A stretch of 59,195 nt of DNA, the filler included. It is 5 parts of 5 records of this genome, joined end to end, with 100 filler letters (N's around TTAATTAATTAA, not from the genome) between each part and the next. Parts side by side here need not be neighbours in the genome. Positions count along the whole stretch, not along the records: positions 45,000 to 52,618 come from SRR20825006_2489; positions 52,719 to 59,195 come from SRR20825006_2493; 3 more parts are not named here. One strand, 5' to 3'. Numbering within the stretch: the stretch's first letter is position 1; each line of letters opens with the position of its first letter. The notes beneath the pieces are model-generated. The model was given only the letters and a program-made list of their open reading frames with translations. It had not been told where the DNA came from and ran no database searches. A program made the position numbers and the translations under genes. Of the stretch, positions 45,000 through 55,752 are shown piece by piece.

Positions 45000-46185
45000 G
45001 ATCATAGAAATGTTCATGTAAATGATCTACGTATTCAATAATGCGATTTTCAAGAGATCCGCTAATAGCAATATAATCAATCATGGAAAGGTGTTGTACA
45101 TACTCACAAAGTCCTACACCTCCTGCATGAGGACATACCGGAATATTAAATTTTGCAGCCATAAATAGTACAGCTAATACTTCATTCACCCCGGCTAGTC
45201 TACAACTATCTATTTGACAGATCTCAATAGCACCAGCCTGCATTAATTGTTTAAAAATGATTCTATTTTGACAATGTTCTCCGGTAGCAACTTTTATAGG
45301 CTTAATGGCATTCGCAATTTTAGCATGACCTAAAATGTCATCAGGACTGGTAGGTTCTTCAATCCACCAAGGATTGAATTTTTTCAGTTGATTCATAGCT
45401 AAAATTGCTTCGTCAACATCCCACTTTTGATTAGCATCCATCATCAATTTAAGATCATCTCCTATTTCTTCTCTAATAATCTGTGCCCTTCGCATATCAT
45501 CCTTAAGATCTTTACCGACTTTAATTTTCATATGTTTAAAACCTTCATTTTTAGCTTCACGGCATAGTTTGCGCATTTTTTCGTCGGTATATCCTAACCA
45601 ACCTGCTGAAGTCGTATATGCAGGATAGCCATTCTTCATTAAATCAGATATTCGTTCTTGTTTAGAAGATTCTAGTTTTTGAAGCATCAAAAGTGCTTCT
45701 TCTGGCTTTATAACGTCTGTGATGTAACTGAAGTCAACACATGATACTAGTTCTTCTGGAGTCATATCAGCCAGAAGTTTCCATAAAGGTTTATTTTCAC
45801 TTTTAGCATACAAATCCCAAACGGCGTTTACGATAGCTCCAGTTGCTAAATGAATAATCCCTTTATCAGGCCCCAACCATCTTAACTGACTATCACCGGT
45901 AATCATTTTCCAGAATTTTCCCATGTTAGAAGTAAAACTATACAGCGATTTATTTAAGATAAGTGGCATAATAGATTTTATAGCCGCCACACACAGTTCA
46001 TTACCTCTGCCAATAGTAAAAGTTAATCCATGCCCTTCAAAATCTTTATTATCAGTCTTGAGAATTACATATGCCGCAGAATAGTCAGGATCCGGATTCA
46101 TAGCGTCTGATCCATCTAGCAATTTGCTGGTAGGAAATCGTACATCAACAACTTCAAAATCAATTATGATTAGATCTTTGCTCAT
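45000..46185 (-). CDS. fucD: L-fuconate dehydratase (enolase superfamily); 3' truncated
   Basis: DVRFPTS...GSDAMNPDPDYSAAY, YTTSAGWLGY, KIKVG, WIEEPTSPDD and CPHAGGVGLCE motifs. Confidence 0.92.
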
Positions 46186-46282
46186 AGTTTGAGTTTAACA
46201 GGATTACTCAAAACTAGAAATAGTTGTCCAATACATCGTTTGAATTTTTGGCAAGTACTGATACTATTTTTGCTTAAATAAT

Positions 46283-47152
46283 TTAATCTGTAGCTTCCGT
46301 GTAATTTTTAGCATACTCCGATGGTGATTTTCCAGTAATAATTTTAAACTGTCTGTTAAAATTAGATAGGTTGTTAAACCCTGATGAATAGCAGGTTTCA
46401 CTTATGGAATTGGATTGATCCACAAGCATTTTACAGGCATAACCTATACGAATCTCATTAAGGTATCGAATAAAGCTTTTTTTATGAAACCTACTAAAAA
46501 GTCGGCTAAAAGAAGAAGGGTTCATTGGTATTAACGAGGCTACTTCACTAAGTTTTATAGGGTCTCTAAAATTTTTAAATACATATTCATACACAATACT
46601 AAACCTATTATTTGAATCTGAGTTTTGAGAAATTAAATATCCTTCGCTATTGATTAATTCTTGTTGAGCCATAGTAAGCTCTTGTAATACTAATAGCATT
46701 CCTACGGTTCGTTCAAAAGGCGATAACTTCCTTAGATTTTGTAACCGTTTAATAATTGATGGGTTGATATTCTTAAACAGAACCCCTCGTTTTGCACGTG
46801 CTAAAAGTTTAGCAATAGAGGTCATCTCAGAAACACTAAAGAAATCTTTTCCTAAAAAATCTTCAGTAAAATGTACAGCAATGGCTTTTGCCTTTAATGA
46901 GCTATTATGATCAAAATAGATAGTGTCATTTAGCCACATATGCGGGAGATTTGCTCCCAACAAAACCAATTCTCCTGCCTCAAATTTAGCAATAGAATTA
47001 CCAATAAACCGTGTACCTGAGCTCTCTAGAATATACACCAATTCTAATTCTGGATGATAATGCCAAGTTTTTAAAAAATGTGGTTCCTTGGTTTCACTGA
47101 CAGTAAAAGAGGTAGCTGTGGGGCTTTCGCGATTAATTTTAAAAAGTTTCAT
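46283..47152 (-). CDS. AraC family regulator
   Basis: WHYHPELEL cupin; SGFNNLSNFNRQFK HTH. Confidence 0.93.
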   Translation of the reverse strand: MKLFKINRESPTATSFTVSETKEPHFLKTWHYHPELELVYILESSGTRFIGNSIAKFEAGELVLLGANLPHMWLNDTIYFDHNSSLKAKAIAVHFTEDFLGKDFFSVSEMTSIAKLLARAKRGVLFKNINPSIIKRLQNLRKLSPFERTVGMLLVLQELTMAQQELINSEGYLISQNSDSNNRFSIVYEYVFKNFRDPIKLSEVASLIPMNPSSFSRLFSRFHKKSFIRYLNEIRIGYACKMLVDQSNSISETCYSSGFNNLSNFNRQFKIITGKSPSEYAKNYTEATD

Positions 47153-47154
47153 GC

Positions 47155-48021
47155 TTAGGTGATTTGCAAATTTTGTTTACGATAAGCGCCAGGGGTGATT
47201 TGAACATGTTTTTTAAAAATTTTACTAAAGTGGGGTAAGTTGTTAAAACCTGTTTCAAGAGCAATATCAAGGAGCGTTTTATTTGTCGTTATAATTAAGT
47301 ATTGCGAATGTTCAATACGTTTTTGATGAATATAGGCTAACGGACGTTGACCAGTATGTTTTAGAAACTGCCTTGAAAAATAATCAGGACTAAAATTCAT
47401 GAGACTGGCTAAATCTTGAATTGTAAGTTTTTGTTTTAAATTGAGCTGTATATGGTTGATTACCTTTAAAACCATTGAAGAGATCTCTTGACTTTCTTTA
47501 GATCTATACTTTAAATTTTCCAAAAACCTTGATATAAGGATTAATAAGATACCTTGATTTTCCATTTGCTCAGCATTAGAAAGCTTTTGATTCAATTCAC
47601 GATATTCTTTATAATATATTTCTTTCTCATAAACCTCAGGGTTATCTGAGCGGTTGATACCTCTACCAGGATTTATTTTCAGTAATTTTTTTATGAGCGT
47701 AATGTCTAATGTAGTGGCCTGTAACTTCAGCATACAACGATGCTGTTCAAATAAAGAAATACCATTTACCAGATTTTCAAAAAACTGAATATAATATTGA
47801 CTTAGAAATCCCGTACACTTAAAACTACATAACGTGAAACTTGGTATTAAGTATAGATTTCCTGGGGTTAACTCGAGTTCTTGATTCGGGCTTGATAATA
47901 TACCGTGACCATTATCAATATAATATAGTCTGTAATAGGGACTGATCACACTTTTGTAGTTCCATCTTTTGTCAAGATTTACGTGGTCAACATTGAGTAA
48001 AGAAAAGGTACGATTTATCAT
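47155..48021 (-). CDS. AraC family regulator
   Basis: SPYYRLY N-domain; TGFNNLPHFSKIFKK HTH; alternative TTG start at 48036. Confidence 0.92.
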   Translation of the reverse strand: MINRTFSLLNVDHVNLDKRWNYKSVISPYYRLYYIDNGHGILSSPNQELELTPGNLYLIPSFTLCSFKCTGFLSQYYIQFFENLVNGISLFEQHRCMLKLQATTLDITLIKKLLKINPGRGINRSDNPEVYEKEIYYKEYRELNQKLSNAEQMENQGILLILISRFLENLKYRSKESQEISSMVLKVINHIQLNLKQKLTIQDLASLMNFSPDYFSRQFLKHTGQRPLAYIHQKRIEHSQYLIITTNKTLLDIALETGFNNLPHFSKIFKKHVQITPGAYRKQNLQIT

Positions 48022-48287
48022 TTTGATCAAATGCAATTGCTAATTCCATATTGATGATTCGAATCTGATATGGATATAAACAAGTCGGTTTTATATAAAA
48101 TGAAAGATTAATTACTGATTAGATTTGACAAATAAAATTATAATAATTCTTTCGAAATCGATTGAATTAAAGCTTTTTGTTAGGTAATGCTTGTTATGTC
48201 TAAATCTAGTGCATCGGAAATATAGAATAATAGCAATTGAATGAATTATACAATAAGAGTAATAATGTTTAAAATTATTATTGGATA

Positions 48288-49298
48288 ATGAAATATATTA
48301 TATGCGAAGAACCGGGTAGGTTTGTATTAAAAGAAAAGGTAATACCGAAGCCTAAAAAAGGTGAATCATTATTAAAAATAGATAGGGTTGGGGTTTGCGG
48401 TACAGACATTCATGCCTACGGTGGTTCTCAACCTTTTTTCAATTATCCAAGAATTTTAGGACACGAAGTAGCTGCTACATACATTGAAGGAGAAGCGCCT
48501 GGGTTTGTAAAGGGTGATGCTTTGACCTTTATACCTTACTTCAATTGTGACCAATGTATTGCTTGTAAAAATGGAAGGCCCAATTGTTGTTCGTCTATTG
48601 CAGTATTCGGGGTACATATTGATGGGGCTATGGCTGAATATGTAGTTATTCCTGATCAATTTCTTATTTCTGGTCAAGGTCTTAATTATTCAGAACTTGC
48701 TTTGGTTGAGCCTTTAGCAATTGCAGCGCACGGGATAAGACGTGCAGCAGTAAACTCAAACGATATCGTATTGGTTATGGGTGCAGGCCCAATTGGTTTA
48801 GGTGTAATACAATTTGCAAAATTGACCGGAGCACGAGTGCTGATAATGGATATCAATGAACATCGCTTGTCGTACTGTAAAAATGAACTTGGAATTACAT
48901 CAATAATTAATCCCAACCAAGATGATGTCTATAGTAAACTATCTCAATTAACTGAAGGTTCAATGCCTACAGTAATAGTTGATGCTACAGGAAACCAAAG
49001 GGTTATGAATAATGCTTTTGGATATATGGCCCACGGGGGACGCTATGTTTTAGTAGGGCTTCAAAAGGGTGATCTTACATTTAATCATCCGGAGTTTCAT
49101 AAACGGGAATCCACTCTTTTAAGTAGTAGAAATGCTACAAGAGAAGATTTTAACTATGTGATCGAATGTATTAAATCTAAAAAAATTAATGCGAAAAAAT
49201 TTATCACGCATCAAATCCAATTTGATGAAATGCCGCAAAGGTTTGATGAGATGTTTTCTCCAGAGAATAAGGTTATAAAAGCTTTAATTAATTTCTAG
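48288..49298 (+). CDS. Zn-dependent dehydrogenase, L-galactonate 5-dehydrogenase (YjjN/LgoD)-like
   Basis: CGTDIHA, YPRILGHE, structural Zn Cys cluster, HPEFHKRESTLLSSRNAT. Confidence 0.8.
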   Translation: MKYIICEEPGRFVLKEKVIPKPKKGESLLKIDRVGVCGTDIHAYGGSQPFFNYPRILGHEVAATYIEGEAPGFVKGDALTFIPYFNCDQCIACKNGRPNCCSSIAVFGVHIDGAMAEYVVIPDQFLISGQGLNYSELALVEPLAIAAHGIRRAAVNSNDIVLVMGAGPIGLGVIQFAKLTGARVLIMDINEHRLSYCKNELGITSIINPNQDDVYSKLSQLTEGSMPTVIVDATGNQRVMNNAFGYMAHGGRYVLVGLQKGDLTFNHPEFHKRESTLLSSRNATREDFNYVIECIKSKKINAKKFITHQIQFDEMPQRFDEMFSPENKVIKALINF

Positions 49299-49301
49299 GA
49301 T

Positions 49302-50129
49302 ATGATTATTGATTCGCATCAACATTTTTGGAATTATAATTCACAACGCCATTCTTGGATCTCAGAAGACATGAAAGCTATAAGGCGAGATTTTTTACCA
49401 GAGGATTTATATTCATTGTATAAAGCGAATGACATAAGTGGGTGTATCGCTGTACAGGCAGACCAAACTTTGGATGAGAATCAATTTTTACTTCAATTGT
49501 GTCAAGAACATAAATTTATAAAAGGAGTAATTGGATGGGTCGACTTTCAGCAAGATGGAGTTGAATCTATATTAGAAGAACATGACTATCAGCCGCTTAT
49601 AAAAGGATATAGGCACGTAGTTCAAAATGAAAGTGACAATACTTTTCTTCTCAGACCTCGTTTTGTTGAAGGAATATCATTGTTAAAAAATCGAAATCTC
49701 GTTTACGAAATATTGGTCTATTGGCATCAACTACCTGCAGTTTTAGAATTCGCTAAACTTTTTCCTAATCAGCAATTCGTCGTAGATCACATTGCAAAAC
49801 CAGATATAAAAAATAAATATCGCAGCGCCTGGGAACTGTTAATCAAAGAACTCGCAAAATTTTCCAACGTAAGTTGTAAAATTTCTGGTATGGTTACCGA
49901 AGCTGATTCTAATAATTGGGATTTAGATCAATTTTTACCTTATACGGATGTGGTTTTGGAAGCTTTTGGGTCAGACCGCATTATGTATGGTTCAGATTGG
50001 CCGGTGTGTTTAGTCGCAGCGAATTATTCTCAGGTATTACACATTGCTAAATCTTTTGCAAACCAACTTTCCACCGACGAACAAGCTAATTTTTTTTATA
50101 AGAATGCACTTCGTACTTACAACCTATAA
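49302..50129 (+). CDS. Amidohydrolase, L-fucono-1,5-lactonase-like
   Basis: IDSHQHFW, VDHIAKP and YGSDWPV motifs. Confidence 0.88.
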   Translation: MIIDSHQHFWNYNSQRHSWISEDMKAIRRDFLPEDLYSLYKANDISGCIAVQADQTLDENQFLLQLCQEHKFIKGVIGWVDFQQDGVESILEEHDYQPLIKGYRHVVQNESDNTFLLRPRFVEGISLLKNRNLVYEILVYWHQLPAVLEFAKLFPNQQFVVDHIAKPDIKNKYRSAWELLIKELAKFSNVSCKISGMVTEADSNNWDLDQFLPYTDVVLEAFGSDRIMYGSDWPVCLVAANYSQVLHIAKSFANQLSTDEQANFFYKNALRTYNL

Positions 50130-50132
50130 TTT

Positions 50133-50927
50133 ATGAATTTACAACTTAAAAATAAAATTGTTCTTGTTACAGGTTCGGCTGGTATGCCTGAGAGCATTGG
50201 TCATACCTTAATATTTAAACTAGCCGATGAAGGTGCGATACCGATATTATTAGATCGGAATGAAAGAGGATATGAATATCAAAAACAACTTGGAGAAAAA
50301 GGGATACCAAGTAATTTTTATCAAATTGATTTAGCTGATCCCAACCAGATTGAAGATGCCATTAATAAGGCCGTTAATCAGTATGGAAGAATTGATGTAG
50401 TAATTAACAATGTGGGAGTAAATGATGGTATAAGCCTAGATCATTCTATTAATGATTTTATGTATTCCTTAAAGCTTAATCTGGTGAGTTTCTTTGCAAC
50501 TGTAAAATATGCATTGCCGCACTTAAAGAAAAGTAAAGGTAATATTCTTAACGTAGGATCTAAAGTGGCACTTACTGGACAAGGAGGAACTTCTGGTTAT
50601 GCTGCAGCTAAAGGAGGAGTTCTAGGGTTAACTCGTGAATGGGCTGTTGATTTAATTACTTATGGTATACGTTGTAATGCATTAATAATAGCAGAATGTT
50701 ATACACCAGCTTATGAAAATTGGATTGAATCTCTTGAAAACGGGGCGGAGAAACTTGAGGCAATAAAAAACTGTATACCGTTAGAATCTAGAATGACCAA
50801 GACTGATGAAATCGCAGATACTATTCTGTTCACAATATCTAATCGATCATCTCACACAACTGGTCAATTTCTTTTTGTAGATGGGGGTTACGTGCATTTA
50901 GATCGGGCCATTCTCCCATTCAAATAA
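50133..50927 (+). CDS. SDR oxidoreductase, L-fucose dehydrogenase-like
   Basis: NNVGVND, SKVALTGQGGTSGYAAAKG and VDGGYVHLDRA motifs. Confidence 0.8.
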   Translation: MNLQLKNKIVLVTGSAGMPESIGHTLIFKLADEGAIPILLDRNERGYEYQKQLGEKGIPSNFYQIDLADPNQIEDAINKAVNQYGRIDVVINNVGVNDGISLDHSINDFMYSLKLNLVSFFATVKYALPHLKKSKGNILNVGSKVALTGQGGTSGYAAAKGGVLGLTREWAVDLITYGIRCNALIIAECYTPAYENWIESLENGAEKLEAIKNCIPLESRMTKTDEIADTILFTISNRSSHTTGQFLFVDGGYVHLDRAILPFK

Positions 50928-50932
50928 AGTAG

Positions 50933-52252
50933 ATGATGGAAAAACAGTTTAAAACACCTATAGTTTCAAAATCGGTAATACTACCATTTGTACTTATAAC
51001 CTCATTGTTTGCTTTATGGGGATTTGCCAATGATATAACCAACCCTATGGTATCTGCATTTAAGAAAGTACTAGAGTTAAACAACTTCCAAGCTTCATTA
51101 GTGCAATTGGCTTTTTACGGAGGATATTTTACAATGGCATTACCAGCCGCATTATTTGTCAATAAATATTCGTACAAAAAAGGAATATTGGTTGGACTGA
51201 CATTGTATGCAATTGGGGCACTTCTTTTTTATCCAGCTGCAGCTTATGAAGAATTTACATTTTTTTTAGCAGCATTATATATCTTGACATTTGGTTTAGC
51301 ATTTTTAGAAACCACAGCTAATCCGTACATATTAGCTATGGGATCAGAACAAACAGCTACTCAACGTTTGAATCTTGCTCAGGCCTTCAATCCCATGGGG
51401 GCTTTATTGGGATTAATTGTAGCTCAGAAATTCATATTAGCTGCGCTGCAATCAGATGATGTCTTAGAAAACGGTAGTTTAAAATATAGTACTTTAACAA
51501 ATCAAGCAAAAGCTGTAGTTCGTTCAGCAGACCTGGCAATTATTAGAGATCCCTATGTTGTTCTAGGTTTAGTGGTTATCGGATTCTTTATCGTCATTTT
51601 AGTAGTTAAGATGCCTAGGAATGAGCAAAAAGAAGCTAAGGTTTCCATCGTTCAATCAGTGATACACTTATTTAAATCTAAACGTTTTGTAGGTGGGGTA
51701 ATTTCCCAGATATTTTATGTGGGTGCGCAAATTATGTGCTGGACGTATTTGTATCAATATGCTGAATCTATAGGGATATCCAATACCGAAGCGGTAAATT
51801 ATGGAATTGCTGCACTTGTTGTTTTTCTGTTAGGAAGATGGATAGGTACAGGGCTTTTAAACTATACGAATTCAGGTAAATTGCTATTGATTTTTGCAGC
51901 TGGGGCTTGTATAGCTACGCTTATAACAATTTTTCTGCAAGGTACTATAGGCTTATATGCTTTGGTTTCAATTTCTTTTTTTATGTCTATTATGTTTCCA
52001 ACTATTTATGGAGTTGCTCTAGAGGGGCAAGGCGAGCATGCAAAGTTTGGAGCTGCATTTTTAGTTATGGCTATAGTAGGAGGGGCCTTGATGCCCACTC
52101 TTCAAGGCTTGATTCTTGATCTTGGTGGAGCTGGGTATAATGATATCAGAATTTTAGGTGTTCCAGAGGTTAATTTTTCATTTATTCTACCATTCATTTG
52201 CTTTATTATAATTGGTGTTTATGGAAGAGACGTTTATAAAAAATATAATTAG
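50933..52252 (+). CDS. fucP: L-fucose:H+ symporter (MFS)
   Basis: LFALWGFANDITNP, FLETTANPY, RLNLAQAFNP and SIMFPTIY motifs. Confidence 0.92.
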   Translation: MMEKQFKTPIVSKSVILPFVLITSLFALWGFANDITNPMVSAFKKVLELNNFQASLVQLAFYGGYFTMALPAALFVNKYSYKKGILVGLTLYAIGALLFYPAAAYEEFTFFLAALYILTFGLAFLETTANPYILAMGSEQTATQRLNLAQAFNPMGALLGLIVAQKFILAALQSDDVLENGSLKYSTLTNQAKAVVRSADLAIIRDPYVVLGLVVIGFFIVILVVKMPRNEQKEAKVSIVQSVIHLFKSKRFVGGVISQIFYVGAQIMCWTYLYQYAESIGISNTEAVNYGIAALVVFLLGRWIGTGLLNYTNSGKLLLIFAAGACIATLITIFLQGTIGLYALVSISFFMSIMFPTIYGVALEGQGEHAKFGAAFLVMAIVGGALMPTLQGLILDLGGAGYNDIRILGVPEVNFSFILPFICFIIIGVYGRDVYKKYN

Positions 52253-52260
52253 CATCACAT

Positions 52261-52599
52261 ATGACAGAAACTAAAAATTATTGTTTTGCTTGTGACCTCA
52301 AGGATGATCCAGAATTGATAAAAGAATATCAAGTTCAACATCAGAAAGTATGGCCCGAGATAATTGAAAGTATAAAGGATTCAGGAATATTAAGTATGAA
52401 GATTTACCTGGTACATAATCGTTTATTTATGATAACAGAGGTGTCAGAAAATTTTAGTTTAGAAAGAAAAAAGACGATGGATTTGAATAACGCTAAAGTA
52501 CAAGAATGGGAAAAACTCATGTGGAAATATCAACAAGCATTACCTAAAGCAAACCCTAATGATAAATGGTTATTAATGGACTGTATTTTTAAAATCTAG
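52261..52599 (+). CDS. L-rhamnose/L-fucose mutarotase
   Basis: DLKDDPELIKEY...H..VWPE and VQEWEKLM motifs. Confidence 0.9.
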   Translation: MTETKNYCFACDLKDDPELIKEYQVQHQKVWPEIIESIKDSGILSMKIYLVHNRLFMITEVSENFSLERKKTMDLNNAKVQEWEKLMWKYQQALPKANPNDKWLLMDCIFKI

Positions 52600-52618
52600 T
52601 TTAGACGTTAATTATAAG

Positions 52619-52718
52619 NNNNNNNNNNNNNNNNNNNNNNNNNNNNNNNNNNNNNNNNNNNNTTAATTAATTAANNNNNNNNNNNNNNNNNNNNNNNNNN
52701 NNNNNNNNNNNNNNNNNN
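52619..52718. other. Artificial contig spacer
   Basis: N44-TTAATTAATTAA-N44. Confidence 0.98.
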
Positions 52719-52782
52719 TTGACAACTATAAATTACTTTTTAGATAGCTATAAAAAAACTATATAAATTTCAAGATTATATA

Positions 52783-54078
52783 TTAAAACCCAAACAAACT
52801 AGGTAACCACAATGTAAGTTGTGGAAAATATGTCACCAAAAATAAGGCGAATATCATAGCTAGAAATAAAGGGATTAATGGTTTTATTACTTTTTGAATA
52901 CTCGTTTTGGCTACTCCAACTCCTACAAAGAGGACTGAGCCAACGGGTGGGGTACAAAGTCCAATACATAAATTAAGAACCATAATAATTCCGAATTGAA
53001 CTGGATCCATTCCAAGCTTAGTTACTACAGGTAAAAAGATAGGCGTAAAGATGAGCACTGCTGGCGTCATATCCATAAAGATTCCTACAAAAAGTAAGAG
53101 TAGGTTTATAATTAATAAGATAACAATAGGATTGTCGCTTAATCCTAAAAGCAAGCTACTTATATTTTGAGGAATATTCTCATATGACATTACCCAAGAC
53201 ATACTCATAGAAGCGCCAATTAAAAGCATTACAATAGCTGTGGTTGAAGCAGAATTAAGCAATACTTCGGGGAGGTTTTTAAAGGAAATCTCTCTGTATA
53301 TAAATCCTAGAATAAGGGTGTATAAAACAGCAATTGCAGAAGCTTCTGTAGCTGTAAAAATTCCAATTACAATACCTCCAATAACTATAACTAACAAAAG
53401 CAAGCTAGGAACAGCATCTATAAAAGTGCTAAAAACTTGTTTTAATGTACTTCTCTTTCCTACATTATATTTTTTCTTTTTTGCCCAAATAGCGGCTACT
53501 ATCATTAAGAATAAACCTGTTAAAATACCAGGAATGTATCCTGCTAAAAATAGGGCGGCAATAGAAACACCACCACTAGCTAGCGAGTAAACAATAAGCA
53601 CATTACTTGGAGGGATTATTAGTCCAGTTGTTGCAGAGGTAATATTTACTGCTACTCCAAATTCTTTTGAATAGCCTTCTTTTTCCATTTCAGGTCCTAA
53701 AATACTTCCCATAGCAGATGCAGATGCCATTGCAGAACCAGCAATAGCTCCCATTAGCATTGCAGCAATTACATTTATTAATGCTAGTCCGCCAGGAAAT
53801 GATCCTACCAATGTTTTAGCAAATGCAATGAGTCGATGGGCTATTCCTCCTTTATTCATGAGCTCTCCAGAGAGGACAAAAAACGGAATGGCAAGGAGAG
53901 CAAAGCTATCGAGACCAGTAGCCATTCGTTGCGAAACAGTGGTAAAAGCTGGCATAGCTGGAATGGTTACCAGCATGGTTAATAAGGATGAAATGGTAAT
54001 ACTCCAAGCAACTGGAGTACCAATTGCCAAAAGGCATATAAAACTTATGACTAATACGAGAACTGGGATATATTCCAT
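52783..54078 (-). CDS. TRAP transporter large permease (DctM)
   Basis: LLAIPFF, IIPPSN, FTATEA and CTPPVG motifs. Confidence 0.95.
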   Translation of the reverse strand: MEYIPVLVLVISFICLLAIGTPVAWSITISSLLTMLVTIPAMPAFTTVSQRMATGLDSFALLAIPFFVLSGELMNKGGIAHRLIAFAKTLVGSFPGGLALINVIAAMLMGAIAGSAMASASAMGSILGPEMEKEGYSKEFGVAVNITSATTGLIIPPSNVLIVYSLASGGVSIAALFLAGYIPGILTGLFLMIVAAIWAKKKKYNVGKRSTLKQVFSTFIDAVPSLLLLVIVIGGIVIGIFTATEASAIAVLYTLILGFIYREISFKNLPEVLLNSASTTAIVMLLIGASMSMSWVMSYENIPQNISSLLLGLSDNPIVILLIINLLLLFVGIFMDMTPAVLIFTPIFLPVVTKLGMDPVQFGIIMVLNLCIGLCTPPVGSVLFVGVGVAKTSIQKVIKPLIPLFLAMIFALFLVTYFPQLTLWLPSLFGF

Positions 54079-54083
54079 AATAA

Positions 54084-54542
54084 TTATTTCTTTAAAATAT
54101 CTGAGGTTTTGTAATAAATAATAAGCAATCCGCTAATAGGAATAACTAGATATACTGCAAAGAGCGGCATATTTAAAGCAGGAGAATGCTGACCCAAAAT
54201 GTAGCTGATATATACAAGTCGGATACCTCCGATAACAAAAGCTAATAATGAAAATATAATGATGAGTGCATTCACAATTACTGCTAATTTCTTTTGAGTT
54301 TTTGCGCTAGATTTTGAAGGAAGTACATCAATGGCAACATGCATATTTCTTCCAGATACATAAGCTGCTCCTAAAATACCAACCCAAATCATTAAGTATC
54401 GTGCCAATTCGTCTGTAAAAGAGCTAGGAGTACCAGTAACATAGCGTGTAAAAACTTGCCATAAAACATTAATTACCATCAGGCTCATTATAAAAACTAA
54501 TGCTCTACTTAAAACGAAGTCTACTTTCTTTCTAAAATTCAT
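54084..54542 (-). CDS. TRAP transporter small permease (DctQ)
   Basis: QVFTRY...TDELARY...HVAID; 4 TMs. Confidence 0.93.
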   Translation of the reverse strand: MNFRKKVDFVLSRALVFIMSLMVINVLWQVFTRYVTGTPSSFTDELARYLMIWVGILGAAYVSGRNMHVAIDVLPSKSSAKTQKKLAVIVNALIIIFSLLAFVIGGIRLVYISYILGQHSPALNMPLFAVYLVIPISGLLIIYYKTSDILKK

Positions 54543-54543
54543 T

Positions 54544-55524
54544 TTATTTAGTGTTTCTAATTTCTTGGATTAGGGAATACATTTCTTTATTGCTTTTATA
54601 TGCGTCATATATACTTTGAACTTCTTCTGCAAATGGCTCTTTATCAGGATAGATTACTTCAACGCCTTCTTTTTGCACAGCTTCCAAAGCTTCTTTCTCC
54701 GACTTAGCCCATAGTTTACGCTGATTTACAACAGATCTATCGGCTGCTTCTTGAAGCCATTCTTGTTCTTGTTCATTCAAACTATTCCATAAATGGGTTC
54801 CTACTACCAAAACATCTGGCAATACTGTATGCTCGTCTAAAGAATAGTATTTACATACTTCGTAATGTTTTGATAAATAGAAGCTTGGAGGGTTGTTTTC
54901 TGCTCCATCTACAACGCCTTGTTGTAATGATGTGTATAATTCTCCCCATGAAATTGGAGTAGGTGAGCCTCCTAAACTACGAACCATATTCATAGCAGTT
55001 GCGCTTTCCATAACTCGAATTTTCATTCCTTCTAAATCTGAAGGAGAATTTACGGGTCTTTCTTTAGTGTAGAAACTACGACTTCCAGCATCGTAATAAC
55101 AAAGGCCTTTGAGCCAAAATTGAGTTCCTTCATTAAGGAGCGATTTTCCAATTGGACCATCCAAAACATTGAAAGAATGTTGTTTGCTTTTAAATAGAAA
55201 TGGAAGTCCTAAAACCTTCATTTTAGGAGCAAAATTTTCTAAAACTCCAACAGAAACTTTTGTCATATCTAAACTACCAATTTGCAGAAGTTCTAAACAT
55301 TCTCGTTCAGAACCTAATTGCTGATTGGGATAAATCTTGATATTCATTTTTCCGCCAGAAATTTCTTCTAAGTCTTTTCCCATTTGAAGCATCGCTTTGT
55401 GTACGGAATGGTTTACATCCAAACCATGCGCTAGCTTAATGGTTTTGTGAGAACTAATTTGATTGCAAGAAATGCAAATCAAAAAAGTAAGCAGTGTTAG
55501 GGAGATTTTTAAGGTAGCTTTCAT
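54544..55524 (-). CDS. TRAP substrate-binding lipoprotein (DctP), probably hexuronate-binding
   Basis: Lipobox CISC; KIRVM and LQQGVVDGAENN motifs; operon context. Confidence 0.92.
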   Translation of the reverse strand: MKATLKISLTLLTFLICISCNQISSHKTIKLAHGLDVNHSVHKAMLQMGKDLEEISGGKMNIKIYPNQQLGSERECLELLQIGSLDMTKVSVGVLENFAPKMKVLGLPFLFKSKQHSFNVLDGPIGKSLLNEGTQFWLKGLCYYDAGSRSFYTKERPVNSPSDLEGMKIRVMESATAMNMVRSLGGSPTPISWGELYTSLQQGVVDGAENNPPSFYLSKHYEVCKYYSLDEHTVLPDVLVVGTHLWNSLNEQEQEWLQEAADRSVVNQRKLWAKSEKEALEAVQKEGVEVIYPDKEPFAEEVQSIYDAYKSNKEMYSLIQEIRNTK

Positions 55525-55541
55525 GTATTATTAATTATATT

Positions 55542-55680
55542 TTAATCCCTCACAGAGGGCTTAATTCTCCGAAGCATGCCCTGAGTTTGTCGAAGGGCTC
55601 TGCATCGAAATGAATTAAGGTTGTTGTGTTTGTATACCTCGAGAACTTGCCTCAAGGGCTTGCCCCGAGGTAGTTTACTA
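55542..55680. repeat. Composite intergenic REP/MITE-like element
   Basis: CCCTC-ACA-GAGGG hairpin, CCCTGAGTTTGTCGAAGGG unit, ACCTCG...CGAGGT arms; a degenerate homologue lies at 57607-57708. Confidence 0.65.
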
Positions 55681-55752
55681 AAGCTCTTTTTTAAAATATG
55701 TTAAGTTTTGGTTGGTTATTCTTAATCCCTTATGGACTTACCAAAAGAGCGT

